64,000 nucleotides of DNA from Ramazzottius varieornatus (GCA_001949185.1 BDGG01000007.1:1818730-1882729); one strand, 5' to 3'; positions 49,472 through 62,346 are shown, counted from the first letter of the stretch. A program made the numbers and translations. The notes: generated from the letters alone by a model not told the origin.

Positions 49472-50406
49472 GGTCGCGGCCCGCGACGTCAGGTAGTCAG
49501 CGTGAACAGAGCCCCAGGCTCCCTCCCGGAAACCGCAGCTTTCAGCAATCAAGGAAAGCGCCGCTTCCCTATCAGCCCGCACTGTCGATCACAGGTCAAC
49601 AATCAAGCGCTAAGCCAACCCAATCAACCGACCACGTTACGAATTAGGTTTTTGATTTTCCATCGCTTTGCGGAGGATCCCAACGGAAATACCAGTTTTC
49701 CTTCTAGACGTCTTCAAAGGCTGAAACGGTCGAAAAATCACTGTAGTCCATCAATGTCGAAAATGGTGCTTAAGGCAGCTTCAAGAACTTCCGGGTCGAT
49801 AACCATCAGATCAGACGATATTATCGTTAACAAGAACGTTACACAAACGGCAGTGACGTCACTGCTGGACATTGGTCCCGTTTTCGTGTTGACATCGTAG
49901 GTTTCGCATCCTGCTTTCAGGCCGTAGATTAAACAGGCTTTGAATTCTGAGATTCTAAAATATTGACATCCTCGCACATTTTTCTGCTGAACGAAGCCCT
50001 GTTCGAGGACTGAGTGGCTGATAGTTGCTACTTACTCGTAAAAGCGCATATCTTATCTAAGAAGCTGCTTTACGATGCTATTTTGTGGCGTCGGGTAAGC
50101 AGATTATATTGATCGGGCAGACGCGACGCTAATCAAAATTTGGCCGTAGACACTTCGGTGGTCAAAATTTTCGCAATATTTTTCCCCGTGTTTGCATGAA
50201 ATGTTGGTCTACCGTTTTAGTACTGTAGATCTTCATAGACTGAACCAACCGAATACAGGAAGGCTACACGAAAATAATTATCTTTCTCCTTGTGCATCAA
50301 CGTACTTCTGAATGACGAACAAGAAACGATAACACCAGTGGTATTCTTTGATAGTTTCGACTGGCGGGGAGATTTTAGAAAACACTAAAGAAATATCTTT
50401 TGCCAT

Positions 50407-51610
50407 TCAAACTTGTTCCAGTTGAAAGGCGTATTCGCTGCCGTCGTCTTCGATGCCGAAAAGTGAAGCGTGCAGGAGGACGAAGAAGAGCGATGCCCCA
50501 AGAACCCACATGAAGGCGTTTCCGGCGCCGGTGTAATAGAATAGCATGAGCGAGAAGACACCAATGACGCAGTACTGGTGAAATAGTGTCACTTCATGAC
50601 CTACAGCCAAAAGAGGAACAAACGCAATTACGTTTTCCACATCGGCCAAAAATACTTTTGATTTCCGTACCAGCAATGGCAATTTTCCGGACGGAATTTT
50701 TCATGTGAGCGTAGTAGAAGGCTCCGCATGAAGCGAAGAGGGCAATCAGAAGTAACGGTGATGTCAGTCTGGACAAAGAACAAGAAACTAGGAACGACGA
50801 ATCAGAACGAAAAAACAGACAAAAAACTTGATACAGGACGTCGCCAAGTGACCTGAGCACCGTGACCCAAGTGGCGCACAATACTAGCCGACAACAGTCA
50901 AACCGTGCGCCACTTGAACTAACGTCCGTATTCAGTTTTTGCTGACCTCCCGTATATTGTTGATGGGTGGACTTTCATACGCGAAGTGCACAAACTCACA
51001 TGCAATAGATGAAGAGAACAAGGAAAATGCAGACATAGTTGATGTGAAAATACTGGACGTTGCGGAGTACTCGGCCAGAGTAGTAATCTCGCGACAGTAA
51101 CTTCCCCACCGTCGGTTTCTTGAACTTCTTCATATTGAAGAACTCAAACCATGAACGCATGTTCTGCCGCCCAGTCGAGGTGGTTTCCTTGATGAGAGGA
51201 AGCTCTTTCACGGTGCTGAAGCCACTCCACAACCTGGAACAAAACGGAAACGCTAAATTGCACGAAGTAACGGAGGCAGTTACGCCTGACGTCACTGCGG
51301 CTGCAATATGTCATACGTGATGTCAGTTTGGGATATGTACCACGCGTCACGTTATAGATGTGTCGTATCTGGTGTAGCACATTCCCTGTGTTATATCAAC
51401 CAATCAAACTTACTTCCGTGCCAGTAAACTACTGAGGAACGGCGAGGCAGCTGCTGCCAAAGGAATATCCATGGAGGGAGAAGAAGCCATGGAAGGATTC
51501 TTGGAGCCTGCGCTCGAAGGTATCTCCATGTCTCCACTGAGGTCGATAGAGGTGGAAAATGGCGTGCTCAGCTCGTTCAACCCAGGAGCACTTGGCGACA
51601 TGGTGTCCAT
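50407..51610 (-). CDS. RABAC1: Prenylated Rab acceptor 1 (PRA1 family); 4 exons
   Basis: 'RSWFEFFN..KFKKP', 'RVLRNVQYFHINY', 'LTSPLLLIAL', 'FMWVLGASLFFVLLHAS'. Confidence 0.88.
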
Positions 51611-52011
51611 CTGTACAGCTCTCCCAACTTTTCTCTGCTACGGCCAAATCCTGACGAACTTCCCTCCTGAGACGCAACTTGTGGTATTGATAGAGGTGTT
51701 GGTCGCTTGGTCTAAACTGAAAAGCCCAGAACTTTGAAGGAAATCGCGAGAATGGTAAAAGAAGAAAAGTAGAGCAGTCAATGTTGCCGTTTACGAAAAC
51801 ACGTTGGAATGTCATACCATGTCGGAATGACATACCGTACTGACATCACAGCTGACTTCTTCAATCAAACATCTTCATCAGATGTTCTTGCACCAGAGAG
51901 ACACCTCCCGACTTCCGGTCATTCAGCAGGAAGGGCCAATTTTCTGGACTTTCCGCTCTTGTGTTTCATCGCACGTACCGGTTGGAGCTTAACGCTGGCT
52001 GGAAATTCGCG

Positions 52012-53477
52012 ATGCCGCTGAGAGGACTGCAGGTTTTGGAGCTGGCCGGACTTGCGCCTGCACCCTTCTGTGGAATGGTCCTGTCAGATTTCGGAGCGAG
52101 CGTTATTCGCATGGACCGTCTCAAGACCAAGACATTCCATATCGACAGGTTGAACCGAGGAAAGAAAGCTCTTGCTGTGGACTACACCCGCGCAGATGGA
52201 CGGAATGTCTTCCTGGATTTGTGCAGAAATAGCGACGTCTTGATAGGTAAACAAAGCAGCCGTGACGTAAATGGTGTCTCATTCGCGCAATAACGTATCG
52301 GTGACGTAATGCGCGAGTCAGCCATGTGATGCTGTGATGGCGTTGCAACTTGCGGCTAGCTAACAACGTGTCATGCAGTGTGTAACGGTCGCATGTGAGG
52401 TGATGTAATGTAGTCCTACTCCCGCTCTTTTGACAGATCCGTTTCGTCCCGGCGTGATGGAAGCTCACCAACTGGGCCCCAAGGACATTCAAGCAGTGAA
52501 CGAGAGACTCATCTACGCCCGACTGAGTGGTTACGGACAAGAAGGACCGATGAGCGCAAAGGCCGGCCACGACATCAATTTCCTGTCGCTGTCCGGCGTA
52601 CTTTCCAAGCTAGGTCCCGACGAGCACTCCAGACCTCGTCCTCCATTAAATCTTCTCGCAGACTTTGGTGGTGGCGGCCTCCTTTGTGCTTTTGGTATCC
52701 TGGCGGCCGTCATCGGTCGAATATCCACCGCAAAAGGCCAAGTTGTAGACGCCAAGTATGTAAAGCAAGTTGTGCGTCGGTGAATATGGGTTATACAGTA
52801 TGTATTGATAGCATTACAGATGGAACCGCCTACTTGTCCTCCTGGCTTTGGCGAGCTCAAGATTTGCCCGTGTGGGGCGTAGGCCGAGGTACCTCCTGGT
52901 TCGATGGGGGCTTACCGTGGTATGATACGTATGAGTGCAAAGACGGCAAGTACGTGGCCGTCGGCTGCTTGGAGAGACCTTTCTTCGACCAACTCTTGAC
53001 CGGTATATTGACTTGAGCTTTCTCTGCCGTGCAATGTACAGACATATGGTTTAATCTCTACTTTTCGTTCAAGGTCTGGATATTGCGGGTAAGTACGACC
53101 AGTCTACGAACGAAGAAGGTCTGCGAGCAGAGCTCGAAATAATATTCAGAAGACGAACTCGGGACGAATGGGCAAAGCATTTTGAGGCTTTCGACGCATG
53201 TGTCACTCCCGTCTTGACATTGGATGAAGCGCCCAACCATCCCCACCATCAAAGCAGGCAGTGCTTCAGGTCGAACGAGGATGAAGTGTTAGAGCCGCTA
53301 CCGTCTCCGCGGCTATCGAACGCGGAAGGTGGTACGACTCTAGATGGACAAAAGAATGTCAAGTCTGCGGTGCCGAAGAGCCACGGTCAACACACGGAAG
53401 ACATCTTACGTGGTCTTGGTTACGACATGCAGAAAATTAACTCTCTACGACACAATAATGTAATTGGTACTGCGTAA
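52012..53477 (+). CDS. AMACR: Alpha-methylacyl-CoA racemase (CoA-transferase family III); 4 exons
   Basis: '[27 protein letters not shown]', 'DPFRPGVME', 'AGHDINF', '[13 protein letters not shown]', '[18 protein letters not shown]'. Divergent from RABAC1 across ~400 bp. Confidence 0.93.
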
Positions 53478-53659
53478 CGTTCTTTGGGCAGTTACATGGA
53501 CAGACAAATCATTACAGTCTTATGGAGAATAGAATTCGCTATCCAATTTGAGTATTTTATTATAGTTTTTAAATTATTCTAGTCTAGATAATTTTTATTG
53601 TTTTATGTCTACTTAGCTTTGTGCGCGTGACAACCGGGAAGTAAATATAACATGGGAAT

Positions 53660-54266
53660 GGCTATAGTCACACCCTTACACCCCATTTCGCTAAGGTGTG
53701 AGATTTAAAGGCGATCCGCTATGGTTACACCCAGGTCAATTGGACTTTGATACACCCTACCGCGGATTTGGCTAAAGTTACACCCTTCGCCTTTACATCT
53801 GGTATCGCTTTCCGCCGGTTGTTGTTGTGCTGTGGGATACAACTCTGGCAAGCTGTTGAGGCTGCGATATAGGATGCCGTCAAGCTGCAATATCTGCTTC
53901 TGAAGGTCTTTGGAAGCAGAACGTGTTCTTAACGTATTCACAGGATAGACCGCCGCGTCCACCAATCCGCTAGTGATTTCCCAGCCTTCCGGGTCCAGTG
54001 CATACATATCTTCCTGTCCCAAACTTCGAGTACCACAAACGGCTACTCAAAGTACCATTTGGAAACCACTCCCTTGTCTTGTACGTCTTCCTGTATGTTG
54101 ACTGGACAACGGCTACTGTAAATTTCAAAAATCGGAAGTGTAATTGTTACACTTCCGAGCGGTTTGGGGTGCAAAGTTCAGGATGTATCTATAGCCGATC
54201 GTATTCAAATTTCACGCCCAAGGTGTGACTATAGCGAAATGGGGTGTAAGGAGTGTAACTATAGAC
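53660..54266. mobile_element. TIR element (possibly PIF/Harbinger-like MITE)
   Basis: Inverted ends ggctatagtcacacccttacaccccatttcgcta / tagcgaaatggggtgtaaggagtgtaactatagac, plus internal subterminal 'ttacacc' repeats. Confidence 0.7.
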
Positions 54267-54441
54267 ATAGCCATACAGTATCATGGCTGTTTTCTTTTGA
54301 GTTCATTAGTTTAGTTCGCTCGTTCGTACAAAGGTCTCCAATGGAAGTGAAATCACAGCAGAAAATAAAAATATCGAACGGGATCAGAACCGTTATCTTG
54401 GTACAAAACAGGGACCTTACGAAGAAGACTTGTGATGGTGG

Positions 54442-54944
54442 TTACTTCTTTTTTCCGTAGAAGCCACCATATCCGCCCAGGCCGAATCCACCAAAGCCTC
54501 CGTATCCGAATCCTCCGATGAAGGGATATCCAAAACCGAAACCCCCGAAGAAGGGATATCCAAAACCGAAACCGCCCCAGAAAGGAAAGCCCAGACCGTA
54601 GCCGAGACCTCCGAAACCTAGTCCGAAGTCGTCGAAGCCTCCAAAACCCCCATCGAAGCCACCGTCGCCTCCCCATCCACCACCGCCACCGCCATATTCG
54701 CCACCACCTGCAACAGAACAGTCGAAAAAAGCATTGGACTTATCCTTTGCCAAACAACGAACAGAACTTGGAATAAAATTGACAAATAGGCAAACAAGAA
54801 ATTGTTTTATCACATCATTGTCTTTAACATAATCGCAAGTAGCTTACCTCCGCCATATCCACCTCCACCACCGCCATATTGACTGCACACAGAAGCCACT
54901 AGAGTGGATGCTAAGAAGAGCCCAAGTAGCGATGAAAATACCAT
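54442..54944 (-). CDS. Small secreted Gly/Phe/Tyr-rich peptide (candidate antimicrobial or cuticular); exons 54944-54848, 54707-54442
   Basis: Signal peptide 'MVFSSLLGLFLASTLVASVCS' followed by QYGGGG, GGFGFGYPF repeats and the ending 'GFYGKKK*'. Confidence 0.85.
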
Positions 54945-55710
54945 GTTTTGGTTCTTTAACGAGTCTGCCAGTACTAGCAAAGACTTCTGACAGTTTTGAT
55001 CCTCTCAATGAACTTCATATTAAGAGCTGAAGCGAGAGAGAACGAAAAATGTGCTTCAGGTTATTGTGTTGAGAACAAACTATGAGATATGGTGCTTTAC
55101 TTTCAGATCTTTTCAGCGGCAGTGATTACGATATTAGCAAGTATGCAGTAAAACGAGATAATGTGGATATTATTGAGGAGCGCTACATACTGCATTTGTG
55201 TGCGTTGGTCGTGACATTCTGTGATCTTAGGAAATAATTTACGGTCGACGGAACTACTGATAATACGATGGAGTCTGCACTATCGTTTTTAAGAAGCCTT
55301 TTGCGGTTGCATAACTTGCTTTCGATTTCAGCTGTATTCCTCTGTCGACTTTATTAGTTCTTTCTAAAGATCCTGCAAATACTAATTCAAACGCAAATGG
55401 TTCAACGGGATGCCTGGCGGTCAAGTCGCAGACCAGAAAGTCAGCTGAGAAGCCAACTCGGCCTTGGAATTAAAGTTCCTGCATCGTCAACCTCTTCTCT
55501 CTCGACCACGCCTTGCTCAAACAGGCTTTTTGGCAGATTCCGTCCGGGAACCTCGAGATCAAACCACAGCACGCTCAACACCAGAAACGTTCCTCAGTAA
55601 CTACGAATAACAGTAGAAATGGAAGTTAAGACGACGATATCTATTTCGAAGTAGCTGGAGTTAAAAATTCCTCCCGAATTTTTGAGCAGACTTTGAGTCT
55701 TGCTTACCTC

Positions 55711-56957
55711 ATGAGTGTTAAGGAACTGATTTGGTCTTGTTGGTCTTTTGTGTGCTTTTTGATCTACTTCTCTTCTAGTCAGGCTTTACCGTTGAACTTT
55801 CGCTTCTCGCCCAACTTTGACTACAGCGCCACACATCACCGTAGCGCCGCAAAGGCGCACCTTCCGCGTCATCGAACGTGGGCAAGTCCGTACAGCGATT
55901 TTTCCGGCAGAGAAGAGCAACTGACCGCCGACACCAGCTTCGTCAGACATGATGCTTACCCGCGGCATTTTAGGATCAAGCAAGCTCAAAAGACTCTCCG
56001 TTATGTTCGCCAAGCCGCAGCACAAGCCGCCCAAGAACCGCTCGATGTAAAGTTAGCTCGCTTACGAGCTCGTCTAGCCGAACTCGAAGCACACCAACAG
56101 GCGGCGGCCATTGCTCGACCAAAACCAAGCTTTGAATTTGACGAGGTAAACAAATCCATGCTCTGAAGATAACACCCCGGATGAGTTATCTCCATAGTCA
56201 TAATTAACAGCTCGAAAAGGACCTCGCCAGGGCCGCTCTTTTTGAGTGGCGCACATTTGAAGTCTTCATGCCCAGACACATGCGCCACTTGTGTAAAACA
56301 AATTTTGTTTTGTTTTGTTTTTCTGATTGATCTTTCAGTTATTTTTCATGAAGCATCAGCCGAATTCTTGTTGGGCAATTATTTTGTATCTTTTGTTAGG
56401 AGCATCATGAAGAAGCGCCAGCACAGCATGCCGAAGCGCCTTCTGGAGAGTCCCATCCAGCAGAAGCACCTGCTGCTCCAGCCACTCCGTCCACCACGGC
56501 CAAACTCAGCAGTGAAGCTCATATGGACCGCATGAGCGACACCGAGGTCGATCGTTCCCTTCGGGAGCAGAACAGCAAGAAATGGGCGGCAAAGCTACAC
56601 AACAAGCACATCTTCGAGCGTCAAGTTCAGATTATCGGCGAGTTCCCTCAACAGATACCTGGAAATGGTAGCGCCGCCAATGCTACTACGGCCGCACCGG
56701 CTGTAGCGGAAGGCGCAGGTGGCGACTTGACTGGGAAACGAGCTCGGCTGGAGGAACTTAAGAAAAAGCTGCAGAAACTGCAGACAGCCTTGGCCAAGAA
56801 GACCATACACCACTCGAGGCAGTTGGAAGTCAAGAGACCGCCGGCTCACTCGGCGTTTATCAATTTTGATAAAAAATTTATTCGACGGAAGAAACCTTCC
56901 CGACATTCTTTGTTACAGCGGAAACACAGGTGGAGAAGTTCTTTTGGCAGTTTTTAA
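55711..56957 (+). CDS. Secreted low-complexity / coiled-coil protein of unknown function; exons 55711-56145, 56400-56957
   Basis: Hydrophobic N-terminus ending 'SSSQA'. A phase-0 intron joins the two ORFs in frame. Two heptad segments: 'LDVKLARLRARLAELEAHQ' and 'LTGKRARLEELKKKLQKLQ'. Confidence 0.65.
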
Positions 56958-57325
56958 ATATGGTTGGCACCATTCGCTTTATGGAATGGACATGTTTCTA
57001 CAGGCTTGTTGCTGTTTTGTCCAGTTGACTATCCTCAAGTTGCAGACGTGGTTTCTCAAATAAGCTGAAAGTGTAGTTGCGACAGTCTTTTAGGACGCTG
57101 GCAATGATATCATGGAAGAGGTCTCGCGCAACCAGCTGGTATATCGTACTCCTGCAGCAAAACCAAATTTTAGTAAAAGAAAGACTATGGTTTAATTCAT
57201 AGCTTACATTACAGTGCACGACAAGATAAGCTCTTGAAAATGGGTGTCAACGAGAGCCAGATGGCTACAGCCAATCGAGTCTGAGCATTACTTGTGTTTA
57301 AGCCACTTCGCCCATTTTCGAAAGC

Positions 57326-60300
57326 TTATTTTGTCGTGCACTGTACATCATGGCTAGTATAATATCTTGCACACTTTTCTGCACTCGCTTCATACCGTAA
57401 GACATGGGATTGAGAGTTGTGATGTGACTGTATGACTTTCATTGCCTCTTCCTGGTTTTCCGCACAGTCCAGTAACTGCGATAAAGTTGGCTTGGTCAGT
57501 TCATGTCGTCGGGTATTCTCTTGATCGCCAGCCGCTTCCTGGTTGGCTTGACGATTCAGTGTGACTCTTGGTGACACGGCATAGATCGCAGTTGGTTCCT
57601 CGTCATCCTCGCTTCTCTTCGGTCTGGTTGCCGTACGGTTCTTCCTGCTATCTCCACCACCCTCGTCGTAATTTCCCACGGAATCTACTTCCGCTTCCTC
57701 TCCCATGAGTTTAGCGTCCGCTGTCGACTTTTCCAGCATATCGGCATAATACAAACTGTGCGATACATTCAATACTTCTTGGACATCATCCTTGAAGTTC
57801 TCGCTCAGAATCGAATGAACGACTTTGGACAAATACCCAGTGGCGATGGCGCTGTATTGCGGCGAGACAATGGCGGGTTTGTCGGCCGGCAAGTCTCGTC
57901 GCTCGTCGCTGCGGAAGAAAAAGTTGGCGGACTTATTGGGGAAGGCTTTGACAAAGTGGGATCGCTCGATACTGTGTCCGGCTACGCTGAAATGTATGCG
58001 GTGGATGGGTGGTTCGGGCTGCAAAGGTGGGACTTTGACGTCCGGACGCGACTGAAGGAGGGACAAAAGATGCTGGAAGACTGGAGAAAGAGGGTCCGCT
58101 TGGAGGGAGGTGGCCGAAAGCTTGGATGAGGGCGCTGGACATGGATAACTGCCGGTAAATGGTCCAGCCGGCAACGTTGGAGAAGGATATGACAAGGGCG
58201 TTCCACCTGCGAACAATTAAAACACACACACACACACAATACGCTAATCAACTGTGCTGCCGAATTCTACCACTAAATTTTAGCAAATTTTGTTAGATCA
58301 GGTCAGCAAAATTTTGATTCAAGAATGGTAAAATTACTGGAAAGGCCGTCTGTCTTTGACTTGGTGTTGGGCAACGCGGGACAAGGATTGGGATGTAGTG
58401 CCTCAATGTACTCGAAAGCGGTGCGGATGTCTTGCGCGGCGGTTGGGTTCTCCTCCGTGATGGTAAAGTTGAGACATCGTTCTCGCACTTGAGCCATCCA
58501 GGTGTGAAGCCAGTTGAGGTATGATGCCATGGCAGCGTCTTGGGTAAAGTGAAGCGCGAAGGTGTGGGTGAAATGGGAGGACTCGTTGTGGGCGTCCCAT
58601 GACACTGCAAAGACGGCCGTTTCACCCGGTCGCAGAAGACCCATTTTGGGCTCAATGGCAATTCTCTGCAAGTACAAACTGTAGAAAAAGGGGCTCATCA
58701 GTGTAGAGCTTGGTGCCAGCGTGCAGAATTCACTTCGATTCCTTTATGTCATTCATGTCTACGTACATCAATGGACGTTTGTGCTTCGGGTACATCGTGC
58801 CATCTGAAGCGGATAGCTTCCTTGCAGACGTTCTGGACGAAAATGACGCGTTGGTTGAGACTGAAGAGCGGAGCAAAGCCAAAGTCCAGTTGCGTTGTCG
58901 ATATCTGTAGCATCTGCAATCGACCCAACAAGTTGTCAGAATTCCGATTCATAGATATGTAAGCTCTGTTTCATCTACCGATGGGTGGTACTTTTAGCCT
59001 CCTGGCCAACCCATCCAACAGTTTTCATGGATTCTTTTACGGTTATAGTTCTTAGTTCGCGAGACGGGTCAACTTGGCCGTTTTAGAAAGTTAAGATCAG
59101 CTTTCGATCATCCCGTTACGGGGGAAGATCAGCTGATCGGATCTCTGATCCTCAGTATGTACGATCCACCACACAGTCGTACGCGTGAATCCGTCCCGGN
59201 NNNNNNNNNNNNNNNNNNNNNNNNNNNNNNNNNNNNNNNNNNNNNNNNNTCAGGTAGTCATGACACGCTGGGCTAACCGTGTGTGATACTGCACATTCAT
59301 TCTCAACTGATTGACAGCTGACCGTTGATTGTCCGGTCTGCCGCGTGCTCACTACCCGGGACGGATTCACGCGTACGACTGTGTGGAGGATCGTACATAC
59401 TGAGGATCAGAGATCCTATCAGCTGATCTCCCACGTAGCGGGATGATCGAAAGCTGATCTTAACTTTCTAAAACGGCCAGGTTGACCCGCCTCGCGAACT
59501 AAGAACTATAACCGTAAAAGAATCCATGAAAACTGTTGGATGGGTTGGCCAGGAGGCTAAAAGTACCACCCATCGGTAGATGAAACAGAGTTTAGCGCAA
59601 TGAGGATGATTGGCCATAAAGGCCTGCCTACGTTGGTTTCGGGAAGAAGCCAGTCAACCACCGGCTGGATGGAAGGCTCAACTGTTGGCGCCATCTTCAC
59701 GAAGTGTTTCAATGAACAGCCTTTGCCGCACAGCCTGACAACGTACTCTCGCCCGTTGTGGATTTTGATCGTGCAGTGCCTCTGTTAAACATTGTACTTT
59801 AGTCATCAGTTTCAACGAGAGCTAAACCCGCTTTCTTCGTTCTTCGTTCTTACCTCCGAAAAAGTCAAGTGTTGTGGCTTGAAAGTGAATGCTATGACAG
59901 CGAAGGACTGCGGTCCAATCTGTCCTTTCCAGTTCAAAATGTGAAAGACGTCATCCTGAACTTGGTGCAACTCTTGATGGGTTTTATGCTTGTTGGTCCC
60001 CTGCGCATAGTCCGATTCGCCGCTCGTCTTGTTGTGTCGGTTTAGAGTGGCCTCAAAGTTGATCTTGTGCAGGGTCGGGTTGTACATTTCGCACATTTCA
60101 ATGCGGACGTTCTTGGAAGAAAGAGGTGAGGGGAAGAATCGTAGTTCGTTGCGGCAGATCACCAGTCCGGCCTGGGTTGGCGCTAGAGTTTGACAAGATG
60201 CGCGAATCAGGATGATTTTGCCCTTATCGATCTGGAGGAAGAAGGGCAATAAAAACTCGCCGACTTGGGCATGGCTGCACTGCAGCTCGATGGTGGACGT

Positions 60301-61311
60301 GGAACTTTCGCTGATGGAGCCGTGCGACGGTGAAATGCTGATCAGCTTTTTCTTCCGTAGAATTAGCTGTCGACACGTACAAGGTTAAGCACGGCCATGA
60401 ATTTAAGTGGACATGACTTTGCCTTACATATTCTTCCGGCAATTGGGATATGGGTGAAATTTCCTTGACTTTGATTTCCAGATCAGTCAAATGCACAACT
60501 TTCCAATGACACACTGGTCCCCTGTCATTGTGCAGAGCCAAGCGGACAGTTCCAGCCTGGCCAAGAACAGCCGCTCCTAGTGAAATATCGACCTGAGAAG
60601 AGCATTTGATCTGCGGGACGGTACGGCCTTTGTAGCTCAAGACGTTGGACAGTAGGTCTTGCTGGTCGTCAGCAGGCAAGGCCAAGAGGTTGTTGAGCTG
60701 GCTGACGTGTAACAGCCGCCACAGGCGTTCCTTTCCGTAGACTCGCATACTACCGCTGCCCACCAGGTCCACCACTTGGCAAATCGGCTGGCTGACTTGC
60801 AGCTTGATCGTTCCGATGCGCTTGACTTGCATGGAAGGATGGCTGGACAAGGCTTCCGAATACAGGTGGTATTGGCTGGTACCGCAGTGTTCGGCCCAGA
60901 AGGTCAAGTTGACATCTTCGTGAGTGAAAGCCGGTAGATCAAACACATCGTCCTCGCGTGACATCCTGGAAAGAGGTATTCGACATTGAAAGCCCGTGAA
61001 AATGGTAGTTGTAATAATATTGACTGCAGTACATACCGTATCGCCGAGTGGTGAAAATGCGGGTGTGGATCGGCGCTGGCCGAGCAGAGAGCAACACGCT
61101 GGGAGCAACCTTCCGGCAGCACAACATCAGCAGTGAGGCGGCAACGAATCCGGAAGTTGTTATCATTGCGTATTTGGAAGGTATAAGTCACCGGCGTCTT
61201 TCGACATTCGTTGTGAAAATTAAATCCAGTTGCGGGCATCTGTGGGAAATAGGAAAGCCGACTCAACAGTCGGTTCCAGCCAATCAACCCTTGTTGGTTC
61301 GGCTTGAGCAT
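57326..61311 (-). CDS. CFAP65: CFAP65 (CCDC108)-like ciliary protein, 3' portion; upstream exons unresolved
   Basis: Tandem ASH/MSP-like Ig segments ('IEPKMGLLRPGET', 'FHILNWKGQIGPQSFAVIAFTFKP') and 'KERLWRLLHVSQLNNLL...ISLGAAVLGQ...LHNDRGPVCHW' resemble CFAP65. Confidence 0.6.
58962..59592. mobile_element. Foldback-type element with ~240-bp TIRs spanning an assembly gap, intronic
   Basis: 58964-59199 is the near-exact reverse complement of ~59357-59590. TA lies on both flanks. N-run at 59200-59249. Confidence 0.7.
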
Positions 61312-61492
61312 CCAACAAAAATTTCAGTTTGGCGCAGGTATTGTAATTCCAATTCTGTTTGTGCCTAAACTATGTTGTATTTTGTTGTGGGTGTACTGTT
61401 TTCCCTCGATGGTTCCGCGCAGTACAGTACGTCATCCAGCCAGTAGACTACAGCACCGGTATAACTAATGGTTTGATTGACACCCATCACTA

Positions 61493-62118
61493 CGAGGTAA
61501 ACGACATAATTCGGCCGTACCCGATTTTGGGACATAATTCTGCCGGTGTTGCGGTATAAGGTGGCAGCACGTGGCACTTTACTGTATGCCGAATACCGCA
61601 CCCATGACCGTACCACACTTCGGTTTCGCGGTAACGCTGTTTTGCGGTACCGCACTGGCTATCGAGCAAAGCTTCTTCCCCCACGACAACTACTTTTCCG
61701 GAAGCGATTACAACATCAGAAAGCACTCTTTTATAAAATTGGCAGTGCGGTATTGCATCAGACCACGGTCACCAAACGGAAATTCGTCAGAGAGTTGTTT
61801 CATACCGTCCACAACGCTCGAAATCTTGAAAACAAGCTGAGTGACGGGCAGGATACTCATGAAAGCGGCGACGACGAGGCCTACTTGATTTTAGTTTCGC
61901 AGGCTCTTTAGCATTAGCGCGACCCTTCTCTCTTCGAAGACCTGTATTTCATCCTCTGACCATCGGATCTTCTCCAGAACCGTTTAGAGCTTTAGGAAAA
62001 AATATTTCCAGATCCGTAAATCATACACGATGAAAATCCATCCAGAAGTTACTGAAAAAAACAGCCGTCCGAATTATGTCCCAAAAACGGGTACGGCCGA
62101 ATTATGTCGTTTACCTCG
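61493..62118. mobile_element. Non-autonomous mariner-like element
   Basis: TA-flanked ~50-bp TIRs TA|CGAGGTAAACGACATAATTCGGCCGTACCCG...GGGACATAATTC with the inverse copy at 62071-62120. A TACGAGG start is typical of mariner ends. Confidence 0.75.
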
Positions 62119-62227
62119 TACACTTGATTAACGATTAGTCCTTGATTGAAGGTAATAGATATTTTCTGTCCCCGCCACGTGACATTTGAGAACATGTCAC
62201 GTGATTGGGCAGAACTATCAAGGGAAT

Positions 62228-62346
62228 ACTGTGTACTCTCCCGAAATTCACGTACGTCAGTCCATTCAGAGTGTATTTTCGTCACGGTAAGACCCCAATG
62301 ATTTGAGAGTCAGTGACGTACGTGAATTTCGGGAGAGCATACAGTA
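62228..62346. repeat. Short palindromic MITE-like element
   Basis: tactgtgtactctcccgaaattcacgtacgtcagt / cagtgacgtacgtgaatttcgggagagcatacagta. Confidence 0.6.
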
